From the NCBI GenBank assembly GCA_036149055.1, contig JAYZQJ010000199.1, positions 1 to 19,716 on the forward strand: a stretch of 19,716 nucleotides of DNA, given 5' to 3'. The number at the start of each line of letters is the position of its first letter. Within the stretch, counting starts at the first letter, position 1. The stretch comes from Myxococcota bacterium. Its GTDB lineage: Bacteria; Myxococcota_A; Polyangia; Polyangiales; Sandaracinaceae. Position numbers and translations under genes: made by a program. The notes under the pieces were generated by a model. That model was not told where the DNA came from. It saw nothing but the letters and a program-made list of their open reading frames with translations, and made no database searches. This document shows positions 1 to 7,243 of this stretch, one piece after another.

Positions 1-236
1 CCGCGACCCCAGCGACGGGGCGCTGGGGGCCCTGCGGCTCGCGCTCGCGCGGCGCGCGCGCGGGCCGCCCACTGCCGCGGGATCGAACGACTCGAGTGGC
101 GCGTGCGGCGACCTCGCTGCGCTCGTCGCCTGCCGTCGTCTCGGGTCAGCGTCGTGGAAGCGGGCGGGGGTGCCCCGGCGCCATCGTTGCCACCTCTCGA
201 GAGCCGGGAGGCTCGATGCAAGAGGAGCCGTCGGGC

Positions 237-725
237 TCAATGCAGGAGGATCTCGTCGGCGCCTTCGTCGTGCACGGGGGACTGGGCGACGGGGACGCGG
301 AGGGGCTTCATCAGATCGACGCGATCGACGTCGATGCGGGTGCCGCGCTCGGGGATGGCGAGCTGCCCGTCGACCCACTCGGGCACGAAGAGGATGGCGC
401 GGGCCTGGCCGTCGTAGCCGAGCTGCACCAGCGAGTCGGCCTCGAAGAGGCGGCACTGCTTCGCGCAGCAGTGGAAGGGCGAGACCACGCGGTAGAAGCC
501 CTCGGCGGCGAGCGGCTCGAGGTGACGCACGTCTCCGGGCGACGGCAGCAGGTGGCCTCGAGCGGAGAAGCGCGCCCGGTTTCCCCGCCACTCCGACGGC
601 AGATAGAGCCCGGGGCCCGGGTCACCGTGGTTGTGGAAGTAGACCAGGCGGTCCTGGGGGACGGTGCCGAGGGGCGCTCGGGTCCGGTAGATACCGCAGG
701 GCGGGAGATCCACGTCGTCGGCCAT
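237..725 (-). CDS. Hypothetical protein (~162 aa) with an internal two-fold repeat and a CCxxxC cluster
   Basis: Globular composition (MADDVDLPPCGIYRT...YFHNHGDPGPGLYLP...HCCAKQC...ILLH) and GC-rich third codon positions. Start could be ATG 725 or ATG 737. Confidence 0.8.
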   Translation of the reverse strand: MADDVDLPPCGIYRTRAPLGTVPQDRLVYFHNHGDPGPGLYLPSEWRGNRARFSARGHLLPSPGDVRHLEPLAAEGFYRVVSPFHCCAKQCRLFEADSLVQLGYDGQARAILFVPEWVDGQLAIPERGTRIDVDRVDLMKPLRVPVAQSPVHDEGADEILLH

Positions 726-824
726 GCGCCTCACCATAGGGTGCGCGGGGCGAGGACGAAACCCCTTTGATTTCGCGTTCGACGCACCCCTTCGCGTGAG
801 TTTTCTCAGGCGATCTGCGATCTT

Positions 825-867
825 CGTTCAGCACTGAACGCACAAAACTGGACTCGCGTTCAGTGCT
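825..867. promoter_or_regulatory. Operator-like nested inverted repeats, including a LexA-box-like site CTGGAC-TCGC-GTTCAG (848-863)
   Basis: CGTTCAG-ca-CTGAACG at 825-840. Perfect 12-bp inverted repeat AGCACTGAACGC (830-841) / GCGTTCAGTGCT (856-867). Lies in an AT-richer spacer between divergent genes, about 20 nt upstream of ATG 884. Confidence 0.55.
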
Positions 868-883
868 CGGGCAGGGTCGACTC

Positions 884-1141
884 ATGACCACCCGCAAGCG
901 CACCACCTCCGACGAAGCCATCACCCTGATCGGCGCCATTCACGACCTGAGCCGCGCCACCCTCCCCATCGACCTCGGCGTGCTCGCCGGGCGCCTCGGC
1001 TGGGGCGTGGGCCGGGTCGTCCGGGTCCTGTCGCACCTCGAGAAGAAGGGCCTGGCGGATCGCGGTCGATGCCGCCTCAGCCTCGCCGGTCTCGCGGTCG
1101 CGACCATGCTCGAGGCGAGCCGCGCCACCGCTGCGGCCTGA
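884..1141 (+). CDS. Small winged helix-turn-helix protein (85 aa), putative DNA-binding regulator
   Basis: IDLGVLAGRLGWGVGRVVRVLSHLEKKGLAD...RLSLAG matches the wHTH pattern (LA..LG.....V...L..LE.KGL...LT..G). ATG 884 is preferred over GTG 863. Confidence 0.75.
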   Translation: MTTRKRTTSDEAITLIGAIHDLSRATLPIDLGVLAGRLGWGVGRVVRVLSHLEKKGLADRGRCRLSLAGLAVATMLEASRATAAA

Positions 1142-1173
1142 GCGCGCAGCTCGAGCGCGCGGCCTGAGCGCGC
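1133..1173 (+). repeat. Perfect 15-bp direct repeat GCGGCCTGAGCGCGC duplicating the stop-codon region of the wHTH gene
   Basis: Copies at 1133-1147 and 1159-1173. Confidence 0.7.
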
Positions 1174-1182
1174 GAGCGCGGA

Positions 1183-1905
1183 TCACTCGCGGGACAGCCC
1201 GCAGGCCTCGGCGACGTCGTCGCGGTAGGCGAGCCAGCGCTCGAGCGCCCGCTCCATCGCCTCCACCACCGCGGGGCGATCGGCCTCGGGCACGTGATCG
1301 AGCATCACCTTCCACGCGGCGGCGCGGTGCTCGCCCTCGACGCTGCGGTGAGCCTTGGTCAACGCCAGGTGCTCCACATCGAGCCCGTAGTGCTTCACCA
1401 GCGGGTGCTCGCTCAGCGCGGGCTCCGGGCGGGGCGGCGCGTCGGGATCGAGCACGCTCCGGTCGTAGGGCGTGCCCTCCAGGAAGAGCGTGGTGACGGC
1501 GGCCGCCACCGACCAGCCGCGCTCCGTCGTCGCCTCGTCGAGAAAAGCGCGGTAGCGCGCCGCGCCCTCGAGCAGCTCCACCCGCTCGAAGCGGGACAGA
1601 TCCATGCCGAGCCCGCGCGGGTACTCCAGGAACAGCTCGGGGTGCGGGCGGCCGGCGACCAGCCCGCCGGTCTCCTCTTCGTAGATGTTCTCGGCCAGCT
1701 CCCGCCGCACCGCGGCGATGGGGCACTGCACGTAGGCGCGCGCGACCAGCACCGGGAAGTCGCGCACGTAGACCTCGTACTCCTGCTCCAGGTGCACGTG
1801 CAGGCGCTCTCTCGCCACCTCCCCCGAGGTGAAGCGGGGCCACGCCCAGTGGACTTTGCGCTCCATCACGGACAGGAGCGCCTCGCGGAAGGCTTCCGAG
1901 CTCAC
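1183..1905 (-). CDS. Heme-oxygenase-like diiron enzyme (PqqC/CADD/TenA-like, iron-containing redox enzyme family), ~240 aa
   Basis: All-helical sequence with ENIYEEE-x9-H, LFLE and H-x3-E-x2-H (HRSVEGEH), the ligand pattern of CADD-type diiron proteins. Likely GTG start at 1905; the upstream extension overlaps the divergent gene. Confidence 0.8.
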   Translation of the reverse strand: MSSEAFREALLSVMERKVHWAWPRFTSGEVARERLHVHLEQEYEVYVRDFPVLVARAYVQCPIAAVRRELAENIYEEETGGLVAGRPHPELFLEYPRGLGMDLSRFERVELLEGAARYRAFLDEATTERGWSVAAAVTTLFLEGTPYDRSVLDPDAPPRPEPALSEHPLVKHYGLDVEHLALTKAHRSVEGEHRAAAWKVMLDHVPEADRPAVVEAMERALERWLAYRDDVAEACGLSRE

Positions 1906-1974
1906 ACTCGGAGGATAGCTTCCTCGCGGAGGGGTCCCCAAAGAAGGCGTGCGGCGCCGTTCGAGGTCACGCAG

Positions 1975-2373
1975 ATGTTTCGAGCCATCGATGACGAGCT
2001 CCTGTGCAGCGAGGTGCTGGAGAGCGAGCGCGTCCTGGTCATCACCCGGAAGAACAGCCGCGTGGAGGAGCCGGACGCCTTGCGTCGCTCCTACTTCGCC
2101 GCGGTCGCGGACCCGCCGCCGGATCACGCGCGATGGACGGTGATCGTGGACAGCCGGATCGCGCCGCCGCCGCGGGGCGCGGAGACCGAGGCCGCCATCC
2201 AGGCGTCGCGGGACGAGCTGCTCCGCGTGTTCGGCCGCATGATCGTCGTCATCCGGAGCGCGGTCGGTCGCCTGCAGGCGACGCGGTATCAGAAGAGCGA
2301 GATCGTCTGCGACGACATGGACCGCGCGTTCGAGATCGCGCGCGCGCCGCTCACAGCCGCGCGTCGAGGCTGA
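1975..2373 (+). CDS. Small alpha/beta protein (132 aa), STAS/SEC14 (SpoIIAA)-like hypothetical protein
   Basis: ATG 1975 preceded by GAGGT. VIVDSR...EAAI...FGRMIVVIRSAVGRLQ...DDMDRA resembles myxobacterial STAS/SEC14-like proteins. It is the C-terminal part of track ORF 1294..2373. Confidence 0.65.
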   Translation: MFRAIDDELLCSEVLESERVLVITRKNSRVEEPDALRRSYFAAVADPPPDHARWTVIVDSRIAPPPRGAETEAAIQASRDELLRVFGRMIVVIRSAVGRLQATRYQKSEIVCDDMDRAFEIARAPLTAARRG

Positions 2374-3112
2374 AGCGCGGCGACGCCGTGTCGAGGGACG
2401 TGGCGTCGACGGCGAAGGTGCCGCTCCGGGTGACGCTGAGCGGCCCGATGCCCGCGGACGCGGTGGCCCGGCCCTGGAGGTGCACCCGCGGGCGCGTCGC
2501 GTTGCCGGTGACCGAGGTCAGCTCGAGGCGGCCGACGCCGCCGGGCCCGGCGACGAAGGAGATCCGGCCGGCGGCGGCGTCGAGCGCGTCCCCGGGGGTC
2601 AGCCGGACCGTCTCGGCGGTGGCGACCGGGTCGCGGGCCCGCAGCACCTCGGCGCGGCCGACCGTGGTCGGCGGGAGGCGCATCCCGCTCAGCTCGCTCA
2701 GCCCCTTGATGAGCCCGGCCATGCGCTGCTCGAGGCCGAGCCGGGACAGCTCTCGCGCCCACCGGTCGCCGCCGCGCACGTCGCGATCGCGGAGCACCAG
2801 GCGGATCGACGGAGCGTCCACCGCGGCCGGCTCGAAGCCCTCCAGGGTCACGGTGGCCGGCTCGAGCAGCTCGATCACCTCCACCAGGCCGTCCGCGCGG
2901 GTGCAGCGGGTGGGCGCGAGGGTGGCCTCGTCGAGCAGCGCGGAGAGCTCGAGCGCGAACCGGTCGTCGCAGGTCAGGCCCCGCGCCTCGAGCTCCCCGA
3001 CCGCGATCGAGGTGGCGATCGCCCCGCGCGCCAGCCAGACGGCGAGCGGCGCCCCCACGAGCACGACGAGCAGGACGGCGAAGACCACCGGCTTCTTGGA
3101 CGAGCTGGCCAT
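2351..3112 (-). CDS. Hypothetical membrane-anchored or exported protein (253 aa)
   Basis: N-terminal KKP followed by a hydrophobic helix (VVFAVLLVVLVGAPLAVWLA), a beta-rich remainder and typical codon bias. Confidence 0.75.
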   Translation of the reverse strand: MASSSKKPVVFAVLLVVLVGAPLAVWLARGAIATSIAVGELEARGLTCDDRFALELSALLDEATLAPTRCTRADGLVEVIELLEPATVTLEGFEPAAVDAPSIRLVLRDRDVRGGDRWARELSRLGLEQRMAGLIKGLSELSGMRLPPTTVGRAEVLRARDPVATAETVRLTPGDALDAAAGRISFVAGPGGVGRLELTSVTGNATRPRVHLQGRATASAGIGPLSVTRSGTFAVDATSLDTASPRFSLDARL

Positions 3113-3164
3113 GGCGCCGGGAGTCTACACGGGAGGTGCCGCGAGGATTCCCATCAGCGCGCTG

Positions 3165-4364
3165 CTACGGAGTCACCGGGCGGAGCCGGCCGAGCACGAC
3201 CTCGAAGCGCGCGCCGCCGAGCGGGCTGTCCGAGACCCCCACCCGTCCGCCGTGCGCTTCGGCGAGCTGCCGCACCACCGCGAGGCCGAGGCCCGAGCCC
3301 GAGAGGCCCTCCTCGTGGGCGCGCGCGTACGGCTCGAACACCCGATCGCGGGCCTCCGGGGGCACGCCGGGGCCGTCGTCGTCGACCAGCAGGCCCACCT
3401 CGGAGCCGCGCCGCTGGAGGTGGATCTGCACCCGGTCCTCGGCGAAGCGCTGGGCGTTGGTGACGAGGTTGGTGAGGACGCGCTCCATCGAGTGGAGGTC
3501 CACCTGATGGATCAACGTGCGCGGGGCCTCGCCGAGCGCGATGCGGTCGTCCCGCAGGTCGTCGATCAGGTCGCGAGCCATCGCCACGAGATCGGCCTCG
3601 CGGAAGTCGAAGGTCATCGCCCCGTGCTCCAGGCGGTGCAGATCGTGGAGGTCCTCGACCATGCGCGAGGCGCGGACCGCGTTCCGGTGGATCAGCTGGG
3701 CGATGCGCTGGAGCCCGGGCTGCGCCTCGAGCTGCGGGTGATCGAGCAGCAGCTCGCTGCCGTTGACGACCACGCTGAGCGGGGAGCGGAGATCGTGGGT
3801 GACGCTCCGGGCGCGCCGCCGCTCGGCGTCCCGCTGTCGCTCCGCCTCCTGGCGCTGGGCGGACTGGATGTCGACCTGGAGCCGCAGCTCGATCTCGGCC
3901 ACCACCGCGTCGGCGAGGCCGCGGAGCACGTCGACCTGGGCGTCGGTCCACCGGCGAGGCTCGACGTCGATCACGCAGAAGCTGCCGAGCAGCTCGCCCC
4001 CGGCCAGCCGGATGGGCACGCCCGCGTAGGCGACGACGTTCAGGTCGCGGATCGCGAGGTTGTCGCAGACCGCGGGGTGCTCGCGCGCGTCCTCCACCAC
4101 CAGCGGCGCCTCGCTGAGGACGACGTGCTGGCAGAACGAGTGCGAGAGCGGCGTCTGCCGCTCGGCCGCCCACGGCTCCTCGAGGCCGACCTGGCTCTTG
4201 AAGAACTGACGGTGATCGTCGACGAGCGACACCAGCGCCACGGGGGCGGAGAGCGCGCGCGAGGCGAGCCGGGTGAGGCGATCGAAGACCTCCTCCGGCG
4301 GGCTGTCCAGGAGCCCGGTTCGCTTCAGCGCGGCGAGTCGATCGCGGTCGTCCAACCGGGGCAC
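3165..4364 (-). CDS. GAF-domain sensor histidine kinase (soluble, 399 aa)
   Basis: GAF: RLAAL..TGLLDSPPEEVFDRLTRLA...SFCQHVV...YAGVPI...GSFCVID. H-box THDLRSPL, N-box NLVTNA, G1 DDDGPG, F-box RVFEPY, G2 GSGLGLA. Confidence 0.95.
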   Translation of the reverse strand: MPRLDDRDRLAALKRTGLLDSPPEEVFDRLTRLASRALSAPVALVSLVDDHRQFFKSQVGLEEPWAAERQTPLSHSFCQHVVLSEAPLVVEDAREHPAVCDNLAIRDLNVVAYAGVPIRLAGGELLGSFCVIDVEPRRWTDAQVDVLRGLADAVVAEIELRLQVDIQSAQRQEAERQRDAERRRARSVTHDLRSPLSVVVNGSELLLDHPQLEAQPGLQRIAQLIHRNAVRASRMVEDLHDLHRLEHGAMTFDFREADLVAMARDLIDDLRDDRIALGEAPRTLIHQVDLHSMERVLTNLVTNAQRFAEDRVQIHLQRRGSEVGLLVDDDGPGVPPEARDRVFEPYARAHEEGLSGSGLGLAVVRQLAEAHGGRVGVSDSPLGGARFEVVLGRLRPVTP

Positions 4365-4404
4365 CGCTGCGAATTAAGTCCCGATCGGCGGGGCCGTCAA
4401 ATCC

Positions 4405-5121
4405 TCATGAGTCGGCCGCGAGCGCCCGCAGGGTGACCACGTGCCCGGCCAGGGCGCCGCCGACGCAGAAGGGCACGATCCAGGCGTAGGGCGCGTGCAG
4501 GGCGAGGAGGAGATCGGGCGTGTCGTAGGCCTTGATCGGCAGCGGCGCCGAGAGCACCGCGATGGTCGCGACCGCAGAGAGCAGCGCCAGGCCGACCGCG
4601 TTCACGACCACATAGGCCGCCCGGGGCGGATCGCCGAGCCGGGCCCAGAGCAGCAGCGCGCCGGCCAGCACTCCGGTCACGATGTCGAAGTTGTGCCCCT
4701 CGAAGGTCATCTGCACCGGGATGACGCCCTGCGCGTGCCACTCGTGCAGCACGAGCTCGAGCGGCAGCCGGAAGACCTGGAAGCCCACCAGCGCCGCGAG
4801 CGGGAGGCGGGCGAGCTGGCGGCCGAGCGGAGACAGGGCCACGCCGAGCGCCACCGCCATGCTGGCCGCGAAGAAGATCATCAGCGGCGGGGGCGGCCCC
4901 GGGCGCCGCATCAGCTCGCTCTCGGCGAAGAGCGCGGTGACGCCCAGCCAGAGGGCCGCGCCGACGGCCACCGCCAGGGCCCACCGCCCGACCCGAGCCC
5001 TCGGCTCGCCTCGCCGTCGGCCCGCCCACACCACCCCCGCCACCAGCGCGGCGACCACGAAGGCGACGACGCTCAGGAACACGATCGTCGAGCCCGGCCC
5101 CGGCTGCACCCACTCGCTCAT
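4405..5121 (-). CDS. Polytopic membrane protein of unknown function (~238 aa, about 7 TM helices)
   Basis: Multiple hydrophobic helices with conserved-looking polar motifs FQVFRLPLE and GHNFDIVTG. ATG 5121 is preceded by GGGAGG. Confidence 0.8.
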   Translation of the reverse strand: MSEWVQPGPGSTIVFLSVVAFVVAALVAGVVWAGRRRGEPRARVGRWALAVAVGAALWLGVTALFAESELMRRPGPPPPLMIFFAASMAVALGVALSPLGRQLARLPLAALVGFQVFRLPLELVLHEWHAQGVIPVQMTFEGHNFDIVTGVLAGALLLWARLGDPPRAAYVVVNAVGLALLSAVATIAVLSAPLPIKAYDTPDLLLALHAPYAWIVPFCVGGALAGHVVTLRALAADS

Positions 5122-5237
5122 CGACGCCCTCCCCGCGCCGGGATCTGGTCCATCGCGCCCCACCGGGAAGGGCGTGCGCGATCGCACGCGTCCAACCCCG
5201 CGACATCGCGAGAAGAACGCGCCGCGACCGCCTCGGG

Positions 5238-5267
5238 TTGACACGCCTCGGGCGCCGTCCGTAGAAC
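5238..5267 (+). promoter_or_regulatory. Putative sigma70-type promoter of the lipA operon
   Basis: Perfect -35 TTGACA (5238-5243), 18-nt spacer, TAGAAC (5262-5267), about 90 nt upstream of the lipA ATG. Confidence 0.5.
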
Positions 5268-5358
5268 ACGCTCGACCGCTCGTCCGAGCGGGGGTGGGCG
5301 CGAGTCTCCGCGCGTCCTAGATCCCGAGCATCGCCCCCGCGGACGAGAGGAATCATTC

Positions 5359-6303
5359 ATGTCGCAGCCCGCCCCCAAGAGAGAGCGCAAGCCCGAGTGG
5401 CTGAAGGTCCGGCTCCCCGGCGGAGACCGCTATCAGCGCCTGAAGGAGACGTTCCGCAAGCTCGACCTCCACACCGTCTGCGAGGAGGCGCGCTGCCCCA
5501 ACGTCGGCGAGTGCTGGGGCGAGGGCACCGCGACGCTGATGATCCTCGGCGAGACCTGCACCCGCGGGTGCCGCTTCTGCGCCGTGAACACCGGTGACCC
5601 CGGCGGCATGGTCGACCCGCGCGAGCCCGAGAACGTCGGCCGCGCGCTGTCGCAGCTCGACCTCGCCTACGTCGTCCTGACGATGGTCGATCGCGACGAC
5701 CTGCTCGACGGCGGCGCGGCCCACGTCGCGCAGACGGTGCGGCGCATCAAGCACTACAGCCCGGAGATGCTGGTCGAGGTGCTGGTCGGCGACTTCGCCG
5801 GGGTGCGGCGCGACGTCGAGACGACGGTGCGGGACGGCCGAGCGGACGTCTTCGCCCACAACGTCGAGGTGGTGCCGAGCCTCCAGCGCAAGATGCGCGA
5901 CGCGCGCTGCAGCTGGGAGCGCTCGATGGACGTGCTCCGCTGGGCCAAGGAGGCGGGCGCGAACATCACGAAGAGCTCGCTGATGGTGGGCTGCGGCGAG
6001 GCCGAGGACGACGTGTACGAGGCGATGGAGTCGCTGCGCGCCAACGACGTCGACGTGCTGACCATCGGCCAGTACCTGCGCCCCACCAAGAAGCACGCGG
6101 AGCTGGTCCGCTACGTCGAGCCGGCGGAGTTCGATCGCTACCGCGAGAGGGGCCTCGAGATGGGCTTCCGCTACGTGGCGTCCGGCCCGCTCGTCCGCTC
6201 GTCCTACCGCGCGGCGGAGGCGTTCCTGAAGGGGATCCTGAAGGGCGCGGGCGACTACGACGATCGCTACGGAAAGAAGACCCGCCTCGCGGTGGTGAGC
6301 TGA
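5359..6303 (+). CDS. lipA: Lipoyl synthase (radical SAM)
   Basis: RKPEWLK, auxiliary cluster motif CEEARCPNVGEC (Cx4Cx5C), radical SAM motif CTRGCRFC, HNVEVV, TIGQYLRP, SGPLVRSSY. RBS GAGAGG. Confidence 0.98.
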   Translation: MSQPAPKRERKPEWLKVRLPGGDRYQRLKETFRKLDLHTVCEEARCPNVGECWGEGTATLMILGETCTRGCRFCAVNTGDPGGMVDPREPENVGRALSQLDLAYVVLTMVDRDDLLDGGAAHVAQTVRRIKHYSPEMLVEVLVGDFAGVRRDVETTVRDGRADVFAHNVEVVPSLQRKMRDARCSWERSMDVLRWAKEAGANITKSSLMVGCGEAEDDVYEAMESLRANDVDVLTIGQYLRPTKKHAELVRYVEPAEFDRYRERGLEMGFRYVASGPLVRSSYRAAEAFLKGILKGAGDYDDRYGKKTRLAVVS

Positions 6304-6311
6304 GGGAGAGC

Positions 6312-7208
6312 ATGGAAGCCGGAGCCATTTCGAGCCCCACGACCGAGCGCGAGGCGCTGCACGCGCTCTACGAGCAGATGGTGCGGGTGCGCACCGTCGA
6401 CGCCCGCCTCGCCGCCCTCGGAGACGCCGGGCGGATCGGCTTCCTCCCCCGCACCCTCGGCCGGGAGGCGGCGCTCGTCGGCGCGCTCGACGGGCTCGAG
6501 GACGGCGACTGGCTCTTCCCGACCCACGCCGACTGGGCGCTCGCGCTGCTGCGCGGCATGGACGTGGCGACCTTCGCGCACCGGGTCTTCGGCACCGCGA
6601 GCGATCCCCTCAAGGGCCGCGACATCCCGAGCGGGGTGAGCGCCAAGGGGCTGAACGTCGCGAGCGTGAGCGCGCCCGCCGCCACCCACCTCCCCCACGC
6701 GGTCGGCGTGGCCTGGAGCGCGCGCCGGCGGGGCGAGGACGTCGTGAGCGTGGCGCTCTTCGACGGCCCCGAGGTCGACGCCGCCGACTTCCACACCGGC
6801 GTGAACTTCGCCGGCGTGATGAAGGCGCCGACGATCTTCCTCTGCCGCGTCCGCGAGGGCGAGCCGGGCAGCGCCGAGCACGCGGTGGCCTACGGCGTCC
6901 ACGCGGTCGAGTGCGACGGGACCGATCCGGCGGCCGTCTCTCGCGCGGTGCGCGAGGCCCGGGAGCGCGCGCTCGCCGGCGAGGGCCCCACCCTGATCGA
7001 CGTCGTCCTGAAGGGCGACGACGACGCGATGGCGCGGGTCGACGGCGTCGACGAGGCCGGCATCCGCAAGCGCACCGAGGAGTCGCTCTCGAGCGCGTTC
7101 GACGCGGCGACCCGGGCGAGCGAGCCCGCGCTCGGCACGCTCTTCAGCGACGTCTACGAGGCGGTCCCGCCTCACCTCGACCGCCAGCGCGACGAGATCG
7201 TGCGCTGA
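6312..7208 (+). CDS. 2-oxoacid dehydrogenase E1 alpha-like protein with a degenerate active site (298 aa)
   Basis: E1alpha scaffold motifs GRIGF..GREA, DWLFP, KGR, HAVG.AW, DFH..VNFA.V..P.IF, AYG....DG.D, ARERA..GEGPTLI, LFSDVY...HL..Q, plus operon position. The GDG...NN motif and the YR...HS.DD loop are missing. Confidence 0.9.
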   Translation: MEAGAISSPTTEREALHALYEQMVRVRTVDARLAALGDAGRIGFLPRTLGREAALVGALDGLEDGDWLFPTHADWALALLRGMDVATFAHRVFGTASDPLKGRDIPSGVSAKGLNVASVSAPAATHLPHAVGVAWSARRRGEDVVSVALFDGPEVDAADFHTGVNFAGVMKAPTIFLCRVREGEPGSAEHAVAYGVHAVECDGTDPAAVSRAVREARERALAGEGPTLIDVVLKGDDDAMARVDGVDEAGIRKRTEESLSSAFDAATRASEPALGTLFSDVYEAVPPHLDRQRDEIVR

Positions 7209-7243
7209 GCCTGCCCTTCAGAAGAGATCGATCGGAGAAGACC

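Noticed and set aside
1..200. Partial gene or structured RNA at the left edge
   Set aside because: Extremely GC-rich, with no convincing reading frame, motif or recognisable RNA family.
1183..1905. Assigning the symbol pqqC or tenA
   Set aside because: Only fold-level similarity, no pqq or thiamine genes nearby, and the ligand pattern fits metal-binding members.
2004..4436. 810-aa plus-strand ORF and similar long ORFs (8196..9602, 7172..8638, 11420..12778, 12791..14275, 15763..17604, 17323..19647)
   Set aside because: These are antisense or off-frame shadows of motif-supported genes, expected in very GC-rich DNA with few stop codons.
6312..7208. Calling the E1alpha a pseudogene or sequencing error
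   Set aside because: There is no stop or frameshift, the deletions are in frame and confined to active-site loops, and the scaffold motifs and RBS are preserved.
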